DNA of 64,000 nucleotides, from contig OX597836.1 of the NCBI GenBank assembly GCA_951406725.2, forward strand, positions 806,001 through 870,000. Reading direction: 5' to 3'. The notes under the pieces were generated by a model. That model worked only from the letters and a program-made list of their open reading frames with translations, was not told the origin of the DNA and made no database searches. This document shows positions 11,735 to 24,602 of the stretch, piece by piece (positions within the stretch are counted from its first letter, which is position 1; each line of letters begins with the position of its first letter). The position numbers and the translations under genes are program-made. Source of the stretch: Octopus vulgaris. Lineage: Eukaryota.

Positions 11735-12412
11735 TGGAGTATAAATTAAGACATGACAGAGTTGGCCAATATCTCCACTGGCTAATAAGTCGGCATTACA
11801 ATATCAAAACTGCCGACAAGTGGTATAATCACCACCCTGAGGCTGTAACTGAAGGAGAAAATGTAACCATTCTGTGGGACTTTCCAGTACATACAGACTG
11901 AACCATCAAGGCCAATAAACCAGATATTGTTGTGAAAGACCAAAACAATAAAGTTTGCTTATTGATCGACATGAGCATCCCCTGTGATCATAATATCTCA
12001 GCGAAAGAGTTTGACAAGCTCAGAAAATATAAAGACCTACTCATTGAAATTGAGAAAATGTGGCATCTCAAGGCGGTTACAATACCAGTGATCGTAGGAG
12101 CACTAGGAATGATCAAGAAGGGAACCGAAAATTATATGAGAATGATCCCTGGCTTACCATCCCTGCAAGAAGTGCAAAAGATTGTATTAACTGGTACATC
12201 ACACGTATTGAGAAGAGCATTGTCGATGTGAGAACTGTTGCTGCTCATGTATTTTAATTTAACTTAAAAAAAAAAAAAAAAAATGAACGAACTATTGAGT
12301 TTGGTTTAATGGCCTACCAATGTATACTATGAGTTTCTTTGCCCTAGGAGTCAGGAAGACACTCGGCAAGAAATGGAAGCAAATTTGAAAGAAGAGAAAA
12401 AAAAAAAAAAAA
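11735..12412 (+). mobile_element. R4/Dong-like RLE LINE 3' fragment inserted in (TAA)n
   Basis: RHDRVGQYLHW..ILWDFPVHTD*TIKANKPDIVV..LIDMSIP..KLRKYKDL..PVIVGALG..QKIVLTGT: PD-(D/E)xK restriction-like endonuclease; (TAA)n both sides, the known target of Dong elements. Confidence 0.88.
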
Positions 12413-12420
12413 AAATAATA

Positions 12421-12463
<43 letters not shown>

Positions 12464-12499
12464 TAATAATAATGAGGATGATGATGATGATGATGAAGA

Positions 12500-12648
12500 T
12501 GATCCTTTCTACTATAGGCACAAGGCTTGAAATTTGTGGGAAGGAGACAAGTTGATTACATTGACCCCAGTGTTTCACTGGTACTTAATTTATCAACCCT
12601 GAAAAGATGAAAGGCAAAGTCGACCCTGGTTGAATTTGAACTCAGAAT
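12500..12648 (-). mobile_element. SINE family A (partial)
   Basis: cccagtgtttcactggtacttaattt..gatgaaaggcaaagtcgacc..tttgaactcagaa. Confidence 0.75.
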
Positions 12649-12657
12649 AAGAATAAT

Positions 12658-12925
12658 AAAAGATTCTTTTAACTGGAATGTCACATGTAATGAGAAAAGT
12701 ATTGTCACTGAAAATTTCCTTTTCCTTTTCTTTGTTTACTTTTTAAGTTTTTATTTTTTCCTTTTTCTCTGTTTTTCTTCCCCTTTTTCTTTATCGCATG
12801 ACTTTGTAAATGAACAATTTGGTGCATTTATTTTAATGACCTACCAATGTATACAGTGCGTTTCTCTGCCCTAGGTGTCGGGGAGACATTTGGCAAGAAA
12901 TTGAAACAGACTTGAAAGAAGATGA
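12658..12925 (+). mobile_element. Second, shorter R4/Dong 3' end
   Basis: Similar to 12178-12230 and 12305-12395 (cctaccaatgtatac..gccctagg..ggcaagaaa). Confidence 0.7.
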
Positions 12926-12971
12926 TAATGAAAATGTTGATAATAAAACATATATATATATATACTTATTT

Positions 12972-13308
12972 CTAGAGATAATGGTGTTATTGAGATCCAA
13001 AGGTGTCAGGTAACATTGAACAAGTGCTATAGACAGACCATAGTTAAGTTCCAGATTCAGGAATATTGCGAATAAGGAGTTCAACATTGGTTCTATGTCA
13101 GCTTGTGTATATAAGAATTTTTTGCGTAATAAGATAAAAAACCAAGGCTATAACTAACTATGACTTAACTTTCCTCTCACACCGTCTCCGATGAAGGGAT
13201 ATTATTAATAAATATCCTAGAAACAGCTGTAAGACCTTCTATCAATAAATACTCCAATATCTATACAGCCTTGGTTTTTTATCTTATTACGCAAAAAATT
13301 CTTATATA
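12972..13308. mobile_element. Small non-coding PLE-like insertion: hammerhead between 42-bp perfect inverted repeats
   Basis: IR 13108-13149 / 13267-13308; direct repeat tatatatacttattt at 12957-12971 and 13303-13317. Confidence 0.6.
13184..13235 (+). ncRNA. Minimal type I hammerhead ribozyme (CCGAUGA core variant)
   Basis: Stem I gtct/agac; CCGATGA; stem II gggatatt/aatatcct; GAAA; palindromic stem III acagctgt; GUA triplet. Confidence 0.8.
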
Positions 13309-14536
13309 TACTTATTTTTATGTAATCACAACGAGCACAAACTGACTCAAACTTGCTCCTACACATGTCAAAATTAAACAGAGAATACAACCTGGCAACC
13401 ACACCAGACTCTGAGGGTGGAGTCTTCGACTTGGCCTGAGCATGGACTCAAACTCAAATGAAATGAAAATCAAGCAGTGTATCCTTGCTTATGATATATA
13501 ACTGGTCAGAAAGTTAACATTAGTTTCACATCTACTGATATATTTGGCAATAATGGTTATTCATCAGACCTACAAGCTGAAAATACATTGCTGCTTTATA
13601 AAAGGAGATATGTAGACTGTCTTGGTCAAATCAAAACTGTATATTCACTTCCATTAATACAGAAGTTATGTCCTTCCAGCCAGCAGGTCTGATGAGTCAC
13701 CAATATTTCCAAGTGCAACAGAAGACATAACCAAGGATACACTGCTCAATTATATAAAATGTAACTGTTCAAAATTTCTTTTAGAGTGTGCTTTTTTCTG
13801 ACTTATGGACAGCTGACTGTTATCTACATATATATACATATGCATATATGTATATATGCGTGTGTGTAAGTATTTATACATATATATGCACACACACACA
13901 CACACACATGTTTATGCATCTTTATATATTTATATACTTATGTGCTTTGATTGATTAAGTTTGTTTTAGTGATGATGAATGCCACATCAGAGTACCACCT
14001 CGTATATTTCTATTATCATATCTGCTGTATATTCTTTCATGTTAAGCGCTGGACACTAATCAGTTGCTAACTCTATCCTGTTCATTAAAATTCATTAAAT
14101 CAAGACTATAGAAATTTATGTATCACATTATTTTTTGTAATTCTGAGGAAGATACACATAGAAAATCCGTGAATGAAAAACATTGAGATTTTTAGTTCAA
14201 TACTTGAACCAAACTGTATTCAAAGTGAATAATTGAAGAAAAATAACTTGTTCCTCATTACCCTTTATGCATAATAAAATATCTATACAATTAAACTGCA
14301 TGCAGTGGTGAAGATCCAGTTTGGGAGTTCTGGAGTTGTAGAGAGTGTGCAGTCATCCGTTAATTACCATTACTTCCAAGTCTCTTCTGACCTGGGATGG
14401 CCTAAGACTGTAGAAGATGACACTTGTCCAAGGGGCCATGCAGTGGGACTGAACCTGAGCCATGTGGTTGGCAAGTAAATTTCTTAGCCAAACAAGCATG
14501 CCTGCTCTTTTTATACATCTATACATAATGCAAATA

Positions 14537-14910
14537 GGTGTAGGAGTGGCTGTGCAGTAAGTAGCTTACTTACGAACCACATGGTTCCGGGTTCAGTCCC
14601 ACTGCATGGCACCTTGGGCAAGTGTCTTCTACTATAGCTTTGGTTTGACTAAAGCCTTGTGAGTGGATTTGGTAGGCAGAAACTGAAAAAAGCCTGTCGT
14701 ATATATGTATATATGTGTGTGTGTGTTTGTGCGTCTTGACAACTAATGCTGGTGTGTTTATGTCCCTGTAACTTAGCGGTTCGGCAAAAGAGACCGATAG
14801 AATAAGTACTAGGCTTACAAAGAATAAGTCCTGGGGTCAATTTGTTCGACTAAAGGCTGTGCTCCAGCATGTCCACAGTCACATGACTGAAACAAGTAAA
14901 AGAGTGAAGA
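14537..14910 (+). mobile_element. tRNA-derived SINE family B (full length)
   Basis: tRNA-like head (tggctgtgcagt, ggttcagtccc), CORE-like accttgggcaagtgtctt, internal (TA/TG)n, tail gtgctccagcatg..tgactgaaacaagtaaaag. Confidence 0.85.
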
Positions 14911-17019
14911 GTATATATTCACACAATGTGCACATATCCACTCAGAAACACGCATATGAATCAAAGGCTACAATAAGCAACTCTTCATGCTTACATTACA
15001 ATTGCATGCACAGAAACAGGTGAATTTGTAAGCATACGTATACATACACTCACAGAAATATATATACAACACCAATGTAGATATATGAATACAAACAACA
15101 TGCACATATCATCCACTCACACATATGCCTGAGTATTTACTCTCAAACTTCAATAAGTTTCCATACACATGTGAACTCAGTGATTCGCTATCACGTAAAC
15201 ACATTTACACACTCACATACACAACCTAACACACACACGTAACTACACAACATACCATAGCTGTGACTGTATCAAGTAACGCTTGCCTTTAGCTCTACAA
15301 ATATCAAACACACACACACACACACAAAAGAAAACAAAAACAAAACAAAACATATACAAACTCATATGGACAAGCATACAGTTGCATACACTCTAAGGAA
15401 AGATGCATGAACACATACATTGATATGTACATACATCCCCCCCCCCACACACATATATGTGTGTGTCAAAAATATCATCATCATCCATGATATGTGTAGA
15501 AATAGAAAGACATATACTCAGAGTGAAACACACAAGCAAAACACAATAAAACACACAAGAAATCAATAATGCACACACACACACAAAGAGAATCAATATG
15601 ATACACAATACACGTACAATCAAAATTTCTCCCAATTTCTTACATACTTAGAAACACATATATACACGGAGAGAATCAATATCACTCAGACACATAAAAT
15701 CAATAACACACAGGCACACATACAGGATCAATATGGCAGACACACACACACACACACACAGACAAAATTATTACCTCTCAGAGACAAACACAATAACACT
15801 CAACTAGAGAATCAATAACATAAACACACACACACAAACACACACACACACACACATACACACACACACACGCACACAGAGGCATAATCAATAACTTACA
15901 TACACAATAAATAACACATGCAGCAGACATATTCCATATCATTGTACCTTTGATACACACTCAGATATATAGAAACATGTCTATACAGACTACATATATG
16001 TACACAGACATGCACATCAAACACAAACACACACACACACACATAAAAACATAAAATTTAAAGAAAGTGAAAACTTTACATACAGACACATAAAAATGAA
16101 GAAACTATTCCATAAGAGAATCTAATCGATGACTTAACACAGCCTCACTGTTCAATCTCTCACACACACAGCCACCTATACACACACATACACAGTAATA
16201 TAGTAAGGGAGGGGGTCCATTCCCCAAGAGTGTCAAACCAATCCCTCCACATACACCACACACATACATACACACTCATGTGGAAGAAATGGAGATAAGA
16301 GAAAGAGGGAGAGAGCTTTTGGAGAGGGTTTAATCCAAAACTTCACAAACGTATTAAATGTATGTGTGTGTGTGTGTGTACTCTCACAGTTATATTAAAT
16401 AATGCACCATTAAATACACACAGTCACCATACATAGCAAGATACACACCATGTATAGGGAGAGACAGGATATAAAGAGAGAATGGGGAAAGAAGTGGGGA
16501 GGCAATTCCAGAAGGGTGTCTAATGGATGACTTCAACAGAAATGAATGTGATGCCAATATGTCTTTTAATCATCTTTAGCATTTGTCACAGTGAATGGAG
16601 AGACTACAGATAACTTATTACTTTTCTTTCATTAGAGATGAAGAAGTGAAGAGGAAAAGAAGAAAAGAGACAGAAGAGAGAATTTGTAGAGATGGAGCAG
16701 AAAACAGAAAAGAAAGAGAAAAGAAAGTGAAAGCAAAAAGAAAAGAAGAAAGAGAAAAAAAAGGAAAAATAAAGTAATACTGAAAAGAGAGAGAAGGAGA
16801 AATGATGAGATATATTGAGGATTTGATAAAAATATTTGAAATGATTTTCTTTTCTCATGGCTAGGCACAAATCCTTTGGTGCTGAGATTATGTGGTGTAG
16901 AGGCTATCATGCACCGACACATGTGTGATTATGTGTATGTGTTTAAGTCTAAGTTAGTCACTGATACTGAACTGAGAACATCAATTACATAATGATGATG
17001 ATGATGATGATGATAATAA

Positions 17020-17215
17020 TTTTTTATACTACAGGCACAAGGCCTCAAACTTGGGTGAAGGGGTTAAGTTGATTACATCGACCACAGTGCGTGATTGGTA
17101 CTTATTTAAGCGACCCCGAAAGGATGAAAGGCAAAGTTGATTTCGGCAGAATTTGAACTCAGAGTGTAGACACAGACAAAACATCACTAAATATTTTGCC
17201 CGGCATGCTAACAGT
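17020..17215 (-). mobile_element. SINE family A
   Basis: cgaccccgaaaggatgaaaggcaaag..tttgaactcagag; flanked by (GAT)n/(AAT)n. Confidence 0.8.
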
Positions 17216-17227
17216 GATAATAATAAT

Positions 17228-18020
17228 AATGATTTCTTTATTGATCACAAAAGTGCTTACATTAAGAAAAACATTTTGGACGGTACAGGACAAGAATGTG
17301 TGTGTGTTTGTGAGGGATTTGCATGTAAACAGGTTTAGAATAATGGAAAAGAAAACAATTTTAACAATGTATTGTCCACAATAGAGAGGAGGAGACATTT
17401 GAGGCCTGCTTATGGAAAAACTCCATGGGTGCCCTGACTTCTGAGTTAGGTCCCTTTTCTCATTTTCTTTACTCTGATTGCAGGTGTATGCTTAGGGCAT
17501 GCACGTTCACTTGCACCATTCTTGTCACTCACATTCACCTTTCAGCAAAATGGCTAGAAGGCAAAACTTCCCTCTTCACCCTTATTTTCCTCTTTAAGTG
17601 AAACCTGAAGAAGTTGACCAAAGAGAAATGTTTTTGTCTTCAGCCCCTTTAATCTCGTCCACCATACAACCTCTTTCACCATGGCCACCAGGCATATAAA
17701 GAGAAACTGCTCTTCCTGGTTAAAAAGTGATGAGGCAATCTTCACAATGGATTCAGTTGATAGTCAGATCTGTCCCCCACATGAAAGCAGGTTTTTGACA
17801 TAAACCCACACATGTCAACAATGCTCAGGCATTGGATGAGTGCATGCAGGATGGTTTTGTCACCCTGTATGCATATCGGACATGACCAGGCCACCATGCA
17901 AATAGACTGCCTGGCCATCAGAGTATGTCCATTCCATAACAAGTGGAAGAGTATACACTCCAATATAATCGGACAGGGTTTGGGCCAAGGCACAACGGTC
18001 AACCAGTAGTAGATGATGGA
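17228..18020 (-). mobile_element. L1/Tx1-like LINE 3' fragment
   Basis: C-terminal CCHC knuckle CPICIQGDKTILHALIQC then KEVVWWTR; ends aataaagaaatc(att)n; (AAT)n on both flanks. Confidence 0.7.
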
Positions 18021-19015
18021 CACAATAATAATAATTATATTGTGCACATTTCAGTAATATGGAGGTGTACCTGATGTTCTGCTGAAATCACACATGTAAA
18101 TGTTGACAATGTATACTATAATTTAAATGATATTAATAGTGATTTCTCACAGTGGCACAATGATAAGCATGATATTGCAATCCATGACCATCCTGTTTTT
18201 TATTCATATACATAGTATGTCAGACACTACATAACCAATGTACCCTTCCCATTTTTAAAACAGTAGTGTAAGAATTGATGGTGATTTGACTGTTGTTTAT
18301 AGCAAATATACAACTACATAGAGGCTCCTGGATTGGCTTGTTATATGAATAATTTATGTTGGTACAAAACCTATAATTTTGTAAGCATTTGTTTTTGTTT
18401 TTGTTTTTTTGTACTTGACTTGATCCCAACACTTATTCTCTGACACTCCTTCACAGGCAATTAAGGAGCCTTTACAATATCTCCCTCAAATCACACCATG
18501 GCATTGTTTTGAAAAAGAAAGGATATCTGGCAATGCAGTTGAAGATACAAAGAAGATGGAATGGTCACAACTGAAACATTTTTATTCTTATTACAGTTGA
18601 TGATGGTGGGGATGATGATGAGATGTGGTGGTGGAGGTGGAGGTGCTGGTGCTGGTATCTGCATTTAAGATGCTCATTTTAGGTTTTCTTCTAGTTTACT
18701 TAGTTTCTAGATGTCTATAATTTATTGGGTTGTCTTTTTTTACTCCCTTTAATTTTACCGTTTACCATCCCAACAAATTACTGTAATCAAGAGACACTGT
18801 TATGGGATTCTGTTTGTCTACATGTGTGTAAAAGTTTGCCTAAAACACAAACGCACACATACACACTCATACATATTAATAGATATGTGTACATACATCC
18901 AAAGTAAGAACTGAAAAATTGTATGTCAAAAGAGCATGAATTCATAAATAAAATATGTAGAAAGAATGGGAAAAATGTGCACGTGCGTGTGTATTTATAT
19001 ATATATGTATATATC

Positions 19016-19051
<36 letters not shown>

Positions 19052-19389
19052 TAACAGTTCCAAGATAGGTACAAGCAACAACAAAAAAGGTACCCCATCC
19101 AGTGAAAGATAAATAGTTTTTTTTTGCTGTGGCACTGGCACTAGTGAGATCACTAAGTAACTTGCAAGACAAAGAAAAAGCCTCTTGACTGAGTGGTAAC
19201 ACATTTGAAAAGGAGAGATTAAAATATGATAGGAGAGGAACAGATGTCTTGCTGTAGAGGGGATACATGTCGTCTACCCAGCATTATAGAAGATGGTAAT
19301 AGATGAAAAGAAGGATAAAGATGGTGGGGGTAATGTATCAGGGCATACTCACAAAGTACAATAAGCTGAGTATAAGAGAGAACAGGTCA

Positions 19390-19825
19390 TTTGTCATTGC
19401 CTCTGTAAGGCCCAACACTCAAAAGGAGCTTTCTACGTGCTACTGGCATTGGCCACTTTGCTTCTGTGAGGCCCAATGCTCAAAAAGTATTTTTATGTGA
19501 AACCAGCATCAGCCACGTCTATGATTTTACTTGGCTTGATCGGTCTTCTCAAGCACAGCACATCACCAAAGGTCTTGATCACTAATCATTGCCTCTGTGA
19601 GATCATGTTTCACCACCTTGTCCCATGTCCCATGTCTTCCTCAGTTAGAAATTGGTGTCCTCATCCATATGCATCATATGACCATACCAGCACAGTCGTC
19701 TCTCTTGCATACCACATCTGATGCTTCTTAAGCCCAACTTTTCTCTCAAGATGCTTACACTCTGTTGAACATGCACACTGACATTGCACATTCAGTGAAG
19801 TATACTGGTTTCATTTCTTTCAGAC
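19390..19825 (-). mobile_element. Fragmented RTE LINE 3' region
   Basis: Reverse complement similar to 38730-39060 (aatgtcagtgtgca, gcaagagagacg, gggcctcacagaggcaatgac). Confidence 0.75.
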
Positions 19826-21624
19826 CTACACACACACACATAAATATATACATATATATCAGTATGAACAAACAATACACAGTAAAGTACAGAACAGTTC
19901 TTTCCCTCTATCTAAATATTTTGTGACACCCAAATTTTGGTTCCAGTTGCAACTTGTGTTCTTCTAGGCAGATACTATAATTGTTAGTCAGTTCTGCACC
20001 TGACCCTTTTTGACATGGAACAATTTACTTTCTTTTCTGCATGGATCAAACTGAAATTGCAATGCTGCAATTTAATGGAACACTCATCAGTTTGACTCTG
20101 GTACCATTGTATGCATCAGTGAAATATTAGCACTGTGGAAACTTCAACTTGGTGAACTAGACATTGTCACTGTGACTATTAATTACTAACTGACTTCATA
20201 GCTGGTTTTTGTGGCATTACTGAGTTGACCATTAATATTGTTGCATGCATATATTTTATATATCATCATCATCATCGTTTAACATCCGTTTTCCATGCTA
20301 GCATGGGTTGATATATACATATATGTGCATTTGAGACAATCGTTAACACATCAGGCAAAATGCTTAGCAGTATTTTATCTGCCCTTCCATTCTGAGTTCA
20401 AATTCTGCCCAGTCTTTCATTCTTTTGGGGTCGATAAAATAAATACCAGGCAAATACTGGAGTTGGTGTAATTGACTTAATTGCCCCTGGGTGAGAGTAT
20501 AAAACTGCCTGTCCTCTGCCAAGCTATGTCAAGCCAGTGTGGCAGAGTAGGCTCATCAAACCAGTATGATCTCAAGCTCAAGTTAACAGCTTGTACATCA
20601 GAATGTGGTTAGTGGAGAGAACAAGCTGAGGCCTTCATCCTGCAGTGGACTGAACATAGGCCATCCAATCAAATCCAGTATTCATGAGAGAGAGAGTGAG
20701 AGAAAAAGATATTTATATATCTATATATAAGAACAATAAAGATGAATAAAGATATACCAAACTTCATTATTGAAATGATTTTTCCTTTGAGAAAAGAATA
20801 AACAAATGCTTTGTGGCAATTGTGACTGTCTCCAAATGAGAATGAAGAAGAATAATCTCAAGAACTAAGAATTTTCTCTGAAACTGAAATGTCATTCAGG
20901 AAAAAAATAATTAGATTGTCTAGAGACAAAAGGACAGCTATAGAAATGGAGCATTGTCAATACTGCAGTTGTCCTACCTTGATGAGATAACTAGACAAAC
21001 AAAACGAAAATATATACAGGTATCTTTCACATTATGGATACCTTAGGTTATGGGATTCACTGCAAGTATAAACTGTAAATTATGACCACTAATTCTGAGA
21101 TTTGGTCTGTAATTTTGCTCTGATAAATTTTAAGAATTTAAAAGCTATGCTTTCTTCTTAGACTAAAGATTGCTTCTCACCTTTTATCTAAGATCAAAGT
21201 AGCTCACATTTCAAAAAGTTATAATCATGATACATATAAACGCATACACTCACACACTGTGAGTGAGTGGATGCAAGTGTTTGTGTATGCATTACTGTAA
21301 ACATTTACACAGGGGAAAATGGAATTTGTCACTGGATATTTTTGAGCATTTGCTTGTTTTCTTGAGTCACAATCATCCATCCATCCATCCATCCAGCCAG
21401 CCAGCCAGTCATCCATCCATCTAACTGGCAACAACAAAAATGATATCAGCATGATAAAGATATCTGTATGTCAATACAATGGAGTGTGTGTATGTGTGTG
21501 TGTGTGTGTGTGGAGTGTTATGGCTTAAGTCAGAAGTGTAAGGGATGAAATGCCCATGGACCTAGTAATCTGAGAACAAAATATAATCCTACAGTACTCT
21601 CCCACCTCTCTCCATCAGCCTTTT

Positions 21625-22080
21625 ATTTTCTTATTTCCCTTCTTATAAAAGGACTCTCTCTCACAATGAAAGGTAAATTGTATGATGCTTGTGTCAGAAT
21701 GGCTATATTACATGGTAGTGAGACATGAGTTCTAACTGCAGAGGATAAGTGTAGACTGGAGAGGAATGAAGGTAGTACGCTCTGTTGGATTTGCAACATC
21801 AGTGTGCATGACCAACAAAGCACAACTGTGTTGAGAGAAGAGTTAAACATAAGAGGGACTACATGTGCTATGCAGAAGAGGAGAATGCAGTGGTTTGAAC
21901 GTGTGATGCAAATGGATAAAAACAGCTGTATACAGAAGTGCCTGTCACTGAAAGTGGGTGGTACCTGTGGAAGAGGGAAACCCAGGAAGACATAAAATGA
22001 AGTGGTGTGGGCCAGTCTTAGGATGTTGGGGCTCACAGAGGAAATGACAATGGACCAAGATGTTTGATGATATGAGCAGA
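21625..22080 (+). mobile_element. RTE LINE ORF C-terminal fragment
   Basis: KGKLYDACVRMAILHGSET*..RLERNE..RRMQWF..CGRGKPRKT. Confidence 0.85.
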
Positions 22081-22989
22081 CCCACCCACATCAACGAAAA
22101 CTGAGTGCTATGGAGTTGTGTCCCACCCACATGTAACACAAACTTTTCACACACCCTATCCTAAGAAACCAAACTACATCTCCTCTTCTAAACTGCATCT
22201 TTTTCTTCTACACATAATTTCCTCTTCATAAACTATGATTGTTTTTCAATCTCCTTTCCTGCTCTGTATCACTGCTTCTCTCCCAGACCCCAATTTTCTT
22301 ATCAGGTTTTTGCCAGTCACTGCAATCCTCACTCCCAACTTGTGTTGTCTTGGCAAAATCTAACTGCATATATTATGACCTTTGAAACACTCACTTCCTT
22401 ACTCTACCATCACATCTGTGCTCTGATCCTTGTTATTTGTGAGCAGACCCTGGCACTTCACCATCTCTCTCCTGCTCTCTGTTTCACTTCTGATGTTTCC
22501 TATTCTCTCTCTCTTTCCTAACTTTTCCCTCTGACTGGGTAGCCACGTATATCTACAGTAGCACACCTATTTCTGCCCTCATTCTTTCTCTCTCTCTCTC
22601 CTTCTCTTGTTTTTCCTCTGACTAGGTAACCAAGTATCTCCTTTACATCAGCACACCTGTTTCTATCCTCTTTCTTCTACCTCGTTCTCCGTCTCTCTCT
22701 TCCTCTTTTTCTCTTCTCTCTCTCTTTATCCTTCTTCTTTCTTTCTCACTCTCTCTATCTCCTCTATCTCACCAGGTATCCATGTACCTCCTCTATAGCA
22801 GGACACCTATTTCTGCCTCTCTATTTCTCTGTTGCACTCTAAACTTTCATCATCAGTTACTGGGTCACCTTCTCCAATGCTCTTTCCGTTATAGTGAGAC
22901 ACCTGTTTCTGCCTCTCTGTCACACTAACCTTTCATCCTCTGACACAAATTCTCCTCCTCTAATGTCCCTACCTCTCTCATAATTCCTT

Positions 22990-23303
22990 GTCTTGTGAAT
23001 TACTTGGTGATCCTGCCAGTGCCAGCGCTACGTAAAAAGCATCCAGTCGACACTGTAAAGTGGTTGGCATTTGGAGGGGGCATCCAATCGTAAAAATCAT
23101 GCCAAAACTAACATTACCTATGCTAGTGCCATGTAAAAAGCACTGAGTCCACTCTGCAGAGTAGTTGGTGTTAGGAAGGTCATTGAGCTGTAAAAACCCT
23201 TCCAAAATTGTCACAGTAGTCTATGGTAGTTTTCTACCTGGCCAGCTCCTGTCAACCATCCTACCTATGCATGCATGGAATATGGATGGTAAACGATGAT
23301 GAT
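22990..23303 (+). mobile_element. RTE 3'-tail-type repeat with internal duplication
   Basis: Two gtggttggcat/gtagttggtgttaggaagg units, ends gcatggaa..taaacgatgatgat. Confidence 0.65.
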
Positions 23304-23745
23304 TTATGTAGATATGGATAAACACACATTTTTATAGCATCTGCTAGTCTGGCCATCCTAGTAATATAAACCAACACAGATATACAAACTCTTACATACA
23401 ACTATAAAATTCTCTCATACAATTACAAATATGCATGTGTGTGTGTGTATGTGTGTGTGTGCATGCTGTAAGAATTTGAGAGTATGTTAATCACATTTCA
23501 TCAATGCAGTGATGATGACAATAGCTTAAAAACATCAACAACATAATGATGACAATAGCACAAAGCCCATCTCATTGTTGATATTGTAGTAGCAATGATA
23601 ATATATGATGATAGTGATGAGAATGATGATGATGGCATAATAGTAAAGATGATGATGATCTTAACAGTTATAATGACAGCGATGATATCATTGGTGTAAT
23701 CAATTCTAAGAGAAAGGAAAAAAATCTGAATCTGCAATGAATGAA

Positions 23746-23780
<35 letters not shown>

Positions 23781-24341
23781 TTTCTTTTAAAAAGAGAGAC
23801 ATCCTCTTTTTTAAGCATAGTATTTTGTTGTTGTTGCTATTGTTGTTGATTAAGGAGTTTAATTACAAGTTTTTCTTCTTAGCTGGCAGCAAGATACTCA
23901 TCCCCTTCCTCTGCAGACATCATTAAACCCTATCATCACCACCCAGTACAAAGTACCCTACCAACACATGCTACCACCATGGAAAATAAAATAACAAAAC
24001 AAAACAGAAAAGTAAAGTAAAAGATTCACATTCATTGTCCCCCATTTTCTCATTTACTTTCCTTTTCTTTTCTCTTTATCATTGCACATCCCTCTTCCTA
24101 GCTTCCCTTTTAGCATTCATTGTAAAAAGAAAACTACAAACAAGAACAATTACTGACAAAAAAAAAAATACAGTTGGCAGTGGGGTAAAATTTCTTTATT
24201 TTTTAACTTTCCTTTCAAATAATACCAGGCTTCTGCCACCACCACCACCACACTAGTGCTAAATGTAACTCATCCATTACTTCTACTTCTCTTTCACACA
24301 TATCCACACACAAGCTAAGATAGATAGATAGATAGATAGAT

Positions 24342-24383
<42 letters not shown>

Positions 24384-24556
24384 GGAGGGAGAGAGAGAAG
24401 ACTACATTTGGTGTGTTTCTAGCTTAGTTTTGTTTGATGCATTTTGCTATTACAATATTACTAATACAAGTGATGAGAAGAGGGAAAAGGAAGAGAATGT
24501 CGAATGAATGACAAGACGTTTTGCTTTGCCTCAGTCTTGAAAGAAAAGTTGGATAG

Positions 24557-24602
<46 letters not shown>

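Noticed and set aside
11899-11901. In-frame TGA in the Dong-like ORF as selenocysteine
   Set aside because: Position corresponds to the usual Arg of TDR; CGA-to-TGA decay in a CpG-depleted domain is simpler. The Naiad ORF also shows no in-frame TGA
13665-13731. CTGATGAG inside a hairpin as a hammerhead (also CTGATGA at 59708)
   Set aside because: No correctly placed GAAA, stem II or stem III
22595-22632. Plus-strand polyY-TAG|GTAACC as a ratchet point
   Set aside because: Weak donor, lying inside a CT-rich repeat whose other units lack the motif
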